Assembly: GCF_001564455.1 (NCBI RefSeq)
Contig: NZ_CP011391.1
Location: 1,830,001 to 1,862,000, forward strand
Reading direction: 5' to 3'
Source of the DNA: Faecalibaculum rodentium
GTDB taxonomy: Bacteria; Bacillota_I; Bacilli_A; Erysipelotrichales; Erysipelotrichaceae
Length of the DNA: 32,000 nucleotides
Part shown: piece after piece, positions 17,492-26,361 of the stretch
How the letters are laid out: every line of letters begins with the position of its first letter
How positions within the stretch are numbered: position 1 is the stretch's first letter
Program-made: the position numbers and the translations under genes
The notes under the pieces: generated by a model
Databases searched by the model: none
Told to the model about the DNA's origin: nothing
The model's input: the letters and a program-made list of their open reading frames with translations, nothing else

Positions 17492-17520
17492 GAAGAAAAG
17501 GCCTGCTTGATTTCAGGCCT
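17492..17520 (-). terminator. Rho-independent terminator of the LytTR gene; homing site of intron copy 2
   Basis: Minus strand reads AGGCCTG-AAATCAAG-CAGGCCT followed by TTTCTTC, then the intron 5' GTGTG. The hairpin includes the TGA stop. Confidence 0.7.
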
Positions 17521-18202
17521 TCAGATCCGGAAAAATCCTTTGTTTTGCCCTGGCTGCATAGGTCCGGCTGACTGGAATCAGCGAACCATCCTTGAGCTTG
17601 AGAAAATCCCGGTGCAGCTCACGGATGGCTTTTTCCTGCACCACATAGCTGTTGTGGATCCGAAGATAGGAATCATCCAGTTCCTGCAGAACTTCATCCA
17701 TGGTGGAATACACCGAAACCAGCTCCCCGTCTTCCATGTGAAAAATGATTTTCCGGTAATCCCGCTCCACATACAGGATCCTGTTTTTGGGCAGCAGCTG
17801 TCGCCGGTTGCGACGCTTGACCCGGATGAAATGCTCGATTCGGTCCGCATATCGTCTGGAGAAAGTCTGAAGCATCGCAGGCAGCCGGTCCTCTGAATCA
17901 TTCAGCCACAGAAAGCTGTCAAACTCCGACCCCAGGATGAAATCCACATCTTCCTGGTTTTCGGAGAAAAATACCAGCAGTGCTGCGGGGTTTTCCTTTT
18001 TCATTCGTTTTGCGACTTCCAGAGACGAGGCGCGGGACATGCGGGTGTGAATCAGAATCAGATCAGCATCCCGGATCTGCAAAGCGGCATCTTTGCCGGT
18101 CTGCAGCCGGATCTTTGTCTGATCCCCCAATATGGCCTTCACGCGTTCAGCCAGCTGATTTCGGATGGCCGGTTCGTCAGAAATGATGATCACTCTCTTC
18201 AT
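17513..18202 (-). CDS. LytTR-family DNA-binding regulator with a degenerate (pseudo-)receiver domain
   Basis: The C-terminal part (ILYVERDYRKIIFHMEDGELVSVYSTMDEVLQEL...FLRIHNSYVV) is LytTR. The N-terminal CheY-like fold has DLILIHTRM, with His where the phospho-acceptor Asp is expected. I chose the start MKRVIII at 18202. Confidence 0.85.
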   Translation of the reverse strand: MKRVIIISDEPAIRNQLAERVKAILGDQTKIRLQTGKDAALQIRDADLILIHTRMSRASSLEVAKRMKKENPAALLVFFSENQEDVDFILGSEFDSFLWLNDSEDRLPAMLQTFSRRYADRIEHFIRVKRRNRRQLLPKNRILYVERDYRKIIFHMEDGELVSVYSTMDEVLQELDDSYLRIHNSYVVQEKAIRELHRDFLKLKDGSLIPVSRTYAARAKQRIFPDLKA

Positions 18203-18383
18203 AAAAACTCTCTCAAAAATTAATCTCTCTAAGAGCAATTATAACATCTGTTGGTACAACAGGTAGAAACAGTGAACCGTTCCTTGACACAAATGAGTAC
18301 ATATTATCTGCATTTCGGTACATCTGGCGGAAATTTACTCCTGTCACTCTGAAAGGACCGACTCATCGCTGTCTGCATCGGAT

Positions 18384-18412
18384 CAGAAAAAACCGGATCG
18401 GTCAGATCCGGT
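18384..18412 (-). terminator. Rho-independent terminator
   Basis: Minus strand reads ACCGGATC-TGACC-GATCCGGT followed by TTTTTTCT. It overlaps the stop of the upstream gene. Confidence 0.65.
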
Positions 18413-19209
18413 CAATAGCCATAGTCTTCTCCCGTGGATGTGTCGTCATATCCGGTTCCATCCTCTGTATAGCCTTCATCCACGGTTCCGTCTGAATAAG
18501 TGCCATCGTCATAGGAGTCATCCACCACTGATGATCCTTCACCTGTTTCAGACCAGGTTTCGTCATAGCCGGTTGTATCATCTGTCACCGCCGGTTCCTC
18601 CTGGGCGGGGGCTGTCTGTCCCGGGGCCGGATTTTGCTGTGTATCTGACTGTTTTGAATCTGAATCAGCCTGATCCTTGTATTTCAGCTCTTCCTGATAG
18701 GTGCTGATGGTGTTTTCCGAATCCTTCGGCTTGTATTCGAGATACCCCACACCATCTTTGTACTTGATGGTGACCAGCCCGTTGAATTTGGAGACTGGAA
18801 TGTCATGGAGAACAAAACTGGTATAGTTTGCCAGCTTGACTTCCACGTTCATGGAAGCATCCTCTGCTTTTGCGTACCATTTTGCCGTGGATTTGTTTTT
18901 GATTCTGGAATCCCCCAGCAGATTGTCTCCAAAGTCATCGCTGTCTGATCCGCGGACTTTAAAGGAAACAATGGCCTGGCCACACTGGTTGTCCAGATTG
19001 ATCTCGGTACCTCCAGCCTTGTCACCAAACGTCACAATGGCAGAATCTTTGTTTTGTGTGGTCTCTACGGTTTTCCCCCCTTCGGCATTCCCCTTACCCG
19101 AGCAGCCTCTGAACAGCATGGAAAACAGGAATATTACAAGAAGCAGGGTCAGCAGCAACATTCCGGCCAGAATAGCCAGATTTCTATAATTCACTCTACG
19201 TTTTTTCAT
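18412..19209 (-). CDS. Membrane-anchored hypothetical protein with an acidic, Tyr/Asp/Gly-rich C-terminus
   Basis: N-terminal basic stretch plus a TM helix (LAILAGMLLLTLLLVIFLFSMLF). A ~130-aa beta-rich ectodomain. Low-complexity tail. No family recognised. Confidence 0.65.
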   Translation of the reverse strand: MKKRRVNYRNLAILAGMLLLTLLLVIFLFSMLFRGCSGKGNAEGGKTVETTQNKDSAIVTFGDKAGGTEINLDNQCGQAIVSFKVRGSDSDDFGDNLLGDSRIKNKSTAKWYAKAEDASMNVEVKLANYTSFVLHDIPVSKFNGLVTIKYKDGVGYLEYKPKDSENTISTYQEELKYKDQADSDSKQSDTQQNPAPGQTAPAQEEPAVTDDTTGYDETWSETGEGSSVVDDSYDDGTYSDGTVDEGYTEDGTGYDDTSTGEDYGY

Positions 19210-19490
19210 CTTCAGATATCCCCTGTTGAATTCAGTGTAACACAGGCAGGTGTCCAGACAACAATACTGTATGTATCTGGTCCGAACCTGTTGAAACTCT
19301 TAGGTTTGTGCGGCTGTTTGACTCACAAACAGCCGTATTCTGGACCGCCATCTCCGGCTGTACGCCGCAGTCTGACCCGCACCATCAAAGAGCCAATGTA
19401 TCTTTGGGATACAATTGTGCACAATTCAGAGAGTTTCACCAGCGCTTTGTTGATACAATATATAGAAAGTGTAACAGGAGAAGCGAAATT

Positions 19491-22400
19491 ATGAAGAGAA
19501 AAGACATATTGATGCTGACAGCTTCCATGATGGGCATTGCCAGTGGCTGGGCAGTGTTGAACGATCAAGTATACGCAATGACCGACGAAGAGCCTCTTCC
19601 GCGGTTCGAAGAAGCGGTGTCCGAAGATAAAAATATTGCCGATGATTCGATAGTCCTTCCCGAAGCCCCTGCTGAACCAACAGCCGTCACTGAACAGTCT
19701 GCCGATACGGAATTGGCTGATCCTGCCGCCATTGACGGGAAAGCCGCAAATCTGACTGACAAGAGCAGTCCGGAAAAACCCGCTGTTCCGACAGAAACAG
19801 AAAAGACTGATGAAGATGCAGCAGCTTCCGATAATGTGGATGATACAGATGGTTCCGTTTCATCTGAAGACTCTGATGAAATATCTCCGGAAGCCAAAGG
19901 TGATAAAAATGACTCTCTGACCGCAGAACCAGGTGATCAGGCTGCTCTGACAGAGGCCAAGCTGAACGTTGCCAAAGCCCCTCTGCGCGCAGCTGCAGGT
20001 CCCACCAATGGATGGGTGAACAACAAATATTATGTAAACGGTGTCGTTTCAACCGGTGAAACCACAATTGGGCAGGACCGGTATCTGTTCGACAATGCGG
20101 GTAATGCCCTGAAGGGTTTCATGTACTATGACGGCAGACTCCTCTACTGTGCTTCCAATGGCAAAATCCAGACGGGCTCATTCACGGTGGATAAACAGAC
20201 CTTCACCGCTGACAGCACAGGCGCAATCAACAGCATGAACTGTCAGAACATTCCCTATTATAATCAGCTGGATCCGCGATGGTCAGGCTATGTCATTGGC
20301 CAGGGGACCATGGGAAGCACAGCCTGCACGATGATGTCTTTGACCACCGTTGTCAATTATTTCAACAATACAAACTATTCTCCTGTGGACATTGCCATTG
20401 ACTGTCACAACGCCGGGTACTACAACGGCAGAGTCCCCGGCACCATTGCCTCAGTATGGAAATATGCATCGAACAAGTATGGCCTGACATACAAGGAAGG
20501 GCTGACACTGAATTCCATAGCGCAGTCCCTGCTGGAAGGCAACATTGTCGTTGGCGGTGTGGGATACAGCCGCTGGTGTCCATGGTATGGTTCCACCCAT
20601 CAGATTTACCTGACGGGCTACAGGAATGGACAGGTGCAGGTGTACGACCCTTATCAGACATCGCAGTGTGGCTGGTTCAGCCTGAATGACATCTGGAATG
20701 TGAAATCTACGGATCCTGATGACAACCTCAACAACGGCCCTTTCTTTGCACTGGGAAAAAGAAACATTGCCACCATCCATTCATCTCTTGCTGCCTATGG
20801 CACAGTCGTGATTGGTGACCAGGCCTATACCGGATCAGCAGTCAGGGGAAATCCGATTGTCGGTTTCTATCAGAACGGCAGCTATGTCCAGCTGCAGGAA
20901 GGCCGGGACTATACTGTCAGCTATGCCAACAATACCAATGCCGGAGAAGCACGGATTACAGTTACCGGTAAAGGTTTCTACAAGGGAACGATTTCCCGGA
21001 CGTTTTATATTGTCAATAACGTGATTCGAGACTCAACATACACGCTTCAAAGCAGCGGGAATACGAGTCTTGTGATGGATGTTATAAATGCTTCCAAAAG
21101 TTCAGGGGCTCAACTGCAGATCTACGCTGACAACAATACTCTTGGTCAGCAATATGTCATCAAGCGTCAGGCAAATGGCTATTATACAATCCAGAACAAA
21201 AACTCCGGCCTTTATCTGACGAGTGACGCAGACTGGCGAAAAATAGAAAATGGATTGAAACTTACCCAGCAGAGATATAAAAATAGCGGATCTTGTCTAT
21301 GGATGATCCGGGCCACATCCAATGGCTATGTAATTTCATCTTCCATAAACTCTCAGTACGTTCTGGATGTAACTGGCGGTTATTTCACAAACAACAGCAA
21401 ACTTCAGCTTTATACCAGAAATGGCACCAAGGCTCAGGCATGGAAACTGATGGATCTGGAATTGATAGCCAGGGAGATTGATCAATTGGCCGCTGCCAAT
21501 AAAGATGTGGTAAATGATGGATATTATATTATCCGGTCAACCTTAAACCCGAACCAGGTACTCGATGCCAGCAATGCAGGAACTGCAAATGGAACCAATA
21601 TTCAGATTTATACCAGCAATGGTACTGAAGCACAGTTGTTTCAGGTTTCTCACTCAGGCAATTTCCTGAAGATCACCAATACAAATTCCGGTAAAGTCCT
21701 TGATATCGCTGGAGGAGCCAGACATCCGGGATCAAATATCCGGCTCTTTGACTGGAATGGTTCCAAAGCACAGCTGTGGATAGCAGTACAGACCAATGAT
21801 GGTGTCAAACTCGTTTCTGCACTCGATAAGAACCTGGTTATGGATTTGTTTATGGCCAGAACGACAAACACGAACAACGTCTGGGTATACTCTGACAATA
21901 ATACAAGAGCTCAAAGGTGGGAGTTCTCAAAGGCCGAAGATCCCAGAACACGATTGGACAAAATGGCCCTCAGTGGGAAAAGGCTAATCAATGAAGGTAT
22001 TTATGAAATTCATTCTGCAGTAAATAGTCGATATAACCTCGATGTATTCATGGGGTATACAAACAACCGAACGAACATTCAACTGTATGCAGATAATGAT
22101 ACTAGTGCTCAAAGATGGGTGATCTCATTTGATGATAAAGGATATGCGACAATCAAAAATCAGAAGTCAGGTCATTGTTTGAGCCTTGCATCCAATTCTG
22201 TGCAAAGTGGAACCAACATTCTGCAGTCTTCCGGTTCGACGTACAGCCAGAAATGGATCTTCAAGAAGAACGGCAACTTCATTCAAATTGCCTCGGCATG
22301 GAACGATCGGTATGTGATTGACCTGTCTGGAGCTCATGCGGTCAATGGCCGCAATATTCAACTGTATGCGAATAACGGCAGCAATGCTCAGAACTGGCAG

Positions 22401-22838
22401 TTCGTTAAAATATCCTCATTCAGCGGAGCCGCAGCCGGTGACATCAGTGATACGGCTACAAAGCCGATCAACCCAATCAAAGCCGATTACTGGAATGGAC
22501 AGGTCCTGACTCCAAAGCTGGGAATCGTGGAAGGCCCGTCAGGAAATGAGTCTTATTACAATCTGAACATGAACGGTGTTCTCAGAATTATGCGCAGCAT
22601 TGGCAACAACGACGAATACTGGCTCAGAGAAGACGGAGTGAAAATGCTCGGTAAGTATGTGATGGTGGCGGCGAATCTGGAAACCCGTCCCCGGGGAAGT
22701 CTGATCAAAACTACACTGGGGATGGCTATCGTCTGCGATACAGGAGATTTTGTGAAGAAGGATCCAATGCAACTGGATATAGCTGTAGGCTGGAAGAAAG
22801 ACAAAGAAACGGGCACCTACTATATCGATGCCCTGTAA
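19491..22838 (+). CDS. Secreted 1115-aa mosaic protein: cell-wall-binding repeats, C39-like Cys peptidase, Ig-like domain, three ricin-type beta-trefoil lectin domains and a 3D/DPBB lytic-transglycosylase-like domain
   Basis: Start at 19491 with RBS AGGAG. Signal peptide ends ...VYA.
- Cell-wall-binding (CWB) repeats (GWVNNKYYVNG..., about 20007-20231).
- YYNQLDPRW...GSTACTMMSL...GSTHQIYLTGY...VYDP, a Cys-His-Asp set (about 20238-20765).
- Nine QxW-like motifs (AQAWKL, AQLWIA, AQRWEF, AQRWVI, SQKWIF, AQNWQF and others, about 21024-22409).
- C-terminal VAANLETRPRGSLIKTTLGMAIVCDTGDF...LDIAV. Confidence 0.85.
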   Translation: MKRKDILMLTASMMGIASGWAVLNDQVYAMTDEEPLPRFEEAVSEDKNIADDSIVLPEAPAEPTAVTEQSADTELADPAAIDGKAANLTDKSSPEKPAVPTETEKTDEDAAASDNVDDTDGSVSSEDSDEISPEAKGDKNDSLTAEPGDQAALTEAKLNVAKAPLRAAAGPTNGWVNNKYYVNGVVSTGETTIGQDRYLFDNAGNALKGFMYYDGRLLYCASNGKIQTGSFTVDKQTFTADSTGAINSMNCQNIPYYNQLDPRWSGYVIGQGTMGSTACTMMSLTTVVNYFNNTNYSPVDIAIDCHNAGYYNGRVPGTIASVWKYASNKYGLTYKEGLTLNSIAQSLLEGNIVVGGVGYSRWCPWYGSTHQIYLTGYRNGQVQVYDPYQTSQCGWFSLNDIWNVKSTDPDDNLNNGPFFALGKRNIATIHSSLAAYGTVVIGDQAYTGSAVRGNPIVGFYQNGSYVQLQEGRDYTVSYANNTNAGEARITVTGKGFYKGTISRTFYIVNNVIRDSTYTLQSSGNTSLVMDVINASKSSGAQLQIYADNNTLGQQYVIKRQANGYYTIQNKNSGLYLTSDADWRKIENGLKLTQQRYKNSGSCLWMIRATSNGYVISSSINSQYVLDVTGGYFTNNSKLQLYTRNGTKAQAWKLMDLELIAREIDQLAAANKDVVNDGYYIIRSTLNPNQVLDASNAGTANGTNIQIYTSNGTEAQLFQVSHSGNFLKITNTNSGKVLDIAGGARHPGSNIRLFDWNGSKAQLWIAVQTNDGVKLVSALDKNLVMDLFMARTTNTNNVWVYSDNNTRAQRWEFSKAEDPRTRLDKMALSGKRLINEGIYEIHSAVNSRYNLDVFMGYTNNRTNIQLYADNDTSAQRWVISFDDKGYATIKNQKSGHCLSLASNSVQSGTNILQSSGSTYSQKWIFKKNGNFIQIASAWNDRYVIDLSGAHAVNGRNIQLYANNGSNAQNWQFVKISSFSGAAAGDISDTATKPINPIKADYWNGQVLTPKLGIVEGPSGNESYYNLNMNGVLRIMRSIGNNDEYWLREDGVKMLGKYVMVAANLETRPRGSLIKTTLGMAIVCDTGDFVKKDPMQLDIAVGWKKDKETGTYYIDAL

Positions 22839-22843
22839 TGAAC

Positions 22844-22875
22844 ATTGGAGCTGGATGAACACATCCAGCTCCAAT
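22844..22875. terminator. Bidirectional terminator between convergent genes
   Basis: ATTGGAGCTGGATG-AACA-CATCCAGCTCCAAT (14-bp perfect stem) followed by TCTTTATTT. Confidence 0.75.
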
Positions 22876-22878
22876 TCT

Positions 22879-23727
22879 TTATTTGAGTACTTCCAGATAT
22901 CGTGACAAAGCATCCTGCCAGGATGGCAGACGATCAAATCCATGTTTATCCAGCTCGGTCTGATTCATCCTTGAATTGTGAGGACGTCTGGCCTTTGCCG
23001 GGAACTGGGAAGAATCTACAGGGGTCACCTCCACATCCATTCCAGCCTGCCGGAAGATTTCCTTCGCGAAATCATACCAGGAAATGTATTCACCAGAGTT
23101 TGTGGCGTGATATGTACCATACTCTTCTGTCTGGATCATATCTACAACCAGTTTCGCCAAATCATAGGTATAGGTCGGCAGGCCAATCTGATCGTTTACC
23201 ACAGAAACAGCTCCGCGTTCTTTACCTAAACGCAACATAGTCTTTATGAAGTTGTTGCCGTTTTTTCCAAATACCCAGGCAATTCGGATGATGAAATGTT
23301 TAGGGTTCTCAACAATATATTTCTCCCCCTCACCTTTGGTTACGCCATAGACATTCAAAGGTTCGAATTCATCGTATTCATTCCAGGGAGTGTCCCCTTC
23401 CCCATCGAAGACATAGTCGGTGGAGAAATACATCACTGGAATGTCCAGTTCCCGACAAATGTCGGATATGTACTTTGGACCCATCGCATTGACTGCTCTG
23501 ACCTTTTCAAAAAGTTCAGGTTCTTCTGCCTTGTCCACAGCTGTCCAGGCAGCACAATGCACCACAGCATCATAGTTTCCTTCTGTGATTACGTCACGTA
23601 CCTGTTGTGGATTGGTAATGTCCATTTCATTAATATCGACACCGACTGCTTCAATACCTCTCTTCTGGGCTTCATTTACCACATCATAGCCCAGCTGGCC
23701 CTTATAACCAGTAACGAGAATTTTCAT
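22879..23727 (-). CDS. rfbD: dTDP-4-dehydrorhamnose reductase
   Basis: 282 aa. MKILVTGYKGQLG Rossmann N-terminus. Typical RmlD length. The start overlaps the rfbB stop. Confidence 0.93.
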   Translation of the reverse strand: MKILVTGYKGQLGYDVVNEAQKRGIEAVGVDINEMDITNPQQVRDVITEGNYDAVVHCAAWTAVDKAEEPELFEKVRAVNAMGPKYISDICRELDIPVMYFSTDYVFDGEGDTPWNEYDEFEPLNVYGVTKGEGEKYIVENPKHFIIRIAWVFGKNGNNFIKTMLRLGKERGAVSVVNDQIGLPTYTYDLAKLVVDMIQTEEYGTYHATNSGEYISWYDFAKEIFRQAGMDVEVTPVDSSQFPAKARRPHNSRMNQTELDKHGFDRLPSWQDALSRYLEVLK

Positions 23728-24761
23728 TATTCTTCAGCCCGTCCTTTGTCTACATACATTTCCTTGAAGTAGTTCTGATACTCTCCAGAAATGATGTTTT
23801 CCCACCATTCTTTGTTGTCGAGATACCACTGGATGGTCTGGGGAATACCGGTATCAAATGTATATTCAGGCTCCCACCCCAGTTCTCTTTCCAGCTTTGT
23901 CGGGTCGATTGCATACCGCATATCGTGGCCTTTCCGGTCCGTCACATATGTGATCAGACTTTCCGGTTTGTCGAGAGCTTTCAGGACTGTCTTGACAACT
24001 TCCAGGTTGGTTCGTTCATTGTGCCCTCCCACATTGTAGACTTCCCCAACTTTGCCGTTTCGAATGATCAAATCGATGGCCGTGCAATGATCATGGACAT
24101 GCAGCCAGTCACGGACATTTTCGCCGGTTCCATATACAGGAATAGTCTCATCATTCAGTGCGCGTGAAATGATCAGGGGAATCAGCTTTTCCGGGAAGTG
24201 ATAGGGGCCATAGTTGTTGGAGCAGCGGGAAATCGTTGTCGGCAGACCATAGGTTCGGTGATAAGCCTGCACAAACAGATCAGCGGCAGCTTTGGCACTG
24301 GAATAGGGAGAACTTGTGTGCAGCGGAGTTTTCTCGGTGAAGAACAGATCCGGGCGATCCAGCGGCAAATCACCATACACTTCATCTGTCGAAACCTGGT
24401 GATACCGCTTTACGCCGTACTTAACAGATGCATCCAGCAGCGTTGTTGTACCCAGAACGTTGGTTTTGACAAAGATTTCAGGATCCTCAATGGAACGGTC
24501 TACATGTGACTCTGCAGCAAAGTTGACCACAACGTCCGGACGTTCCTTTTCGAAGAGATCCATGATGAACTCCCGGTCTGCAATGTCGCCCTTTACGAAT
24601 TTATAGTTGGGCTTGTCTTCCACACTTTTCAGCGTCTCCAGGTTTCCTGCATAGGTCAGAGCATCCAGATTGATAATTTGATCTTCTGGATATTTATTGA
24701 CCATGTACTGTACAAAGTTACCGCCGATAAAACCGGCACCGCCTGTTACTAAAATTTTCAT
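23727..24761 (-). CDS. rfbB: dTDP-glucose 4,6-dehydratase
   Basis: 344 aa. MKILVTGGAGFIGGNF, HVDRS, YSSAKAAADL (YxxxK). RBS AGGAGG. Confidence 0.95.
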   Translation of the reverse strand: MKILVTGGAGFIGGNFVQYMVNKYPEDQIINLDALTYAGNLETLKSVEDKPNYKFVKGDIADREFIMDLFEKERPDVVVNFAAESHVDRSIEDPEIFVKTNVLGTTTLLDASVKYGVKRYHQVSTDEVYGDLPLDRPDLFFTEKTPLHTSSPYSSAKAAADLFVQAYHRTYGLPTTISRCSNNYGPYHFPEKLIPLIISRALNDETIPVYGTGENVRDWLHVHDHCTAIDLIIRNGKVGEVYNVGGHNERTNLEVVKTVLKALDKPESLITYVTDRKGHDMRYAIDPTKLERELGWEPEYTFDTGIPQTIQWYLDNKEWWENIISGEYQNYFKEMYVDKGRAEE

Positions 24762-24771
24762 AATATTCCTC

Positions 24772-26323
24772 CTAGTCTGATAATTTGACTATGTAATAAT
24801 CGTTAAATTGAATGACTGATCCGTCTTTTGGGAAACTGGGCATTGTGATTGCTGTTTGCGTTGCCTGATCAACCTTATCTTGAGGTATTGGTACATATCT
24901 TGTTCCACATACCGCATTGATATAAGCGGATCCACGACCAGATACAGCGCCTGGAGATTCAGGCCTCCAATCCCAATAAAAATCCGAAGAAGGAAACATC
25001 TCAACGCCGAGATTCAAAGCTTCTGTTGCGGCTGGATTCAACTCAACCATTCTCTTACCGTAAATAAAAATCGAATTTATATTGGAGTCTGATGATATTT
25101 TTTGAATTTCCTGGTTGATTTGCTGCGCTAAAAACCTGTCACGAACATCCCGCATTTCATCAGCATAAAATAAACTTAATGTAGTTTTTGCATTCAGCAT
25201 CACTGGAAAGACCAAGCTACAGGCAATTATACCTTTTGTAACTGTTCGCCAGTTCGTATTGGATGTCTTTTTATATTTGAAAGCATACGAGAGAAAAGCC
25301 CCTGTAAATAGTGGAACACTTAATTGAGCTCTGAATAATGGAGTTCCTCCCAAGTATAGAAACATGAGATAATTGGACATTATCATTATTAAGATAAGTA
25401 AAAACTCAACAATGATATATTGCGTTTCTTCACGCCTGGCAATTGCCTTCAATCCAATAGATATCAAACCAATAATAATAAAAGGACCATAATAATATCG
25501 ATAGGAATGAAACGTACTCTTTATTGATTGGTATAAGTTCTTTAGAGCTTCTCTAATTCCTTCATCCCAATATGACATTCCATCTAAATATCCATCAGTT
25601 GGATACAACTTCAATAGAAGAAAATAGATAAATAAACTTATAATTCCAATAGCAATGATAAGAAGCGAATTAGGGATAAACTTCCTCAAATCCCTCTCAA
25701 AATACGAAGAACGATAAGCCAGTAATAAGCAAAATGAAACTGCAACTGCAAACACAGCTACAAAAGCTTGATAACAGGAAAAAACAAGAACTAACAAGCA
25801 AATGGTCAAAAACAAAGACAATATTCTTGCTAAATTGCTTTTCAGCGTAAACCAATGAAATTGGCAAAAGACTGCAATGGATAATAAGCAGAATGCCAGA
25901 CTTATCCCCGCTTGTTGTAAAGAAAAGTAAAATTGACTGGCCCAAATTGGACTCGTCATATAAACAGCAAGAAAGATGTATGGATTGATCAACCATTCAT
26001 AACCCGAGACATAGTAAAACAGATAAACCCAAATCAAACTGCTGCCCGAGAAGAAGATCAGCATTAAAAATCCTGAAAAGAAGGGATCATAATGCCACAG
26101 TGTTAAAAACTCTTGTAGATAATGTAGACCGAATCTTCCTATCTGAAGCCAGTTTAGTGAATGACCCCCATTAATCAAGGTCTCAGTATCCACTTGTACC
26201 GATAAGCTGAAAGCCTGCTGATAGTAAAGCAAAACAGTTAGTATAACCGAGACCAAGAGAATTCCCAAATGTGTCTGGTAAAAAAATAATATGTCTGTTT
26301 TTTTGTTTTTTTGATTTTTCATA
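24772..26323 (-). CDS. Polytopic GT-C-like glycosyltransferase, GtrII/GtrC-type (third component of a Gtr-like system)
   Basis: About 516 aa with more than 10 TM helices plus a C-terminal soluble domain. It sits directly after the gtrA and gtrB homologues. I chose the start MKNQKNKK at 26323 (GAGG 8 nt upstream). Very AT-rich. Confidence 0.7.
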
Positions 26324-26361
26324 CATACCTCACTCAAAAACCGGAATGAAAGTATGGATAC

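Noticed and set aside
18255-19325. Recurrent CTGTTG motifs as candidate LytTR binding sites: the palindrome CTGTTGGTACAACAG near 18250-18266; CCTGTTGAA at 19222 and 19287; and the hairpin GCGGCTGTTTG-ACTCA-CAAACAGCCG at 19310-19335
   Set aside because: A 6-mer is expected by chance many times in 32 kb. The spacings (65 and 26 nt) do not match the ~21-nt periodicity of known LytTR direct repeats. Worth testing only if binding data become available.
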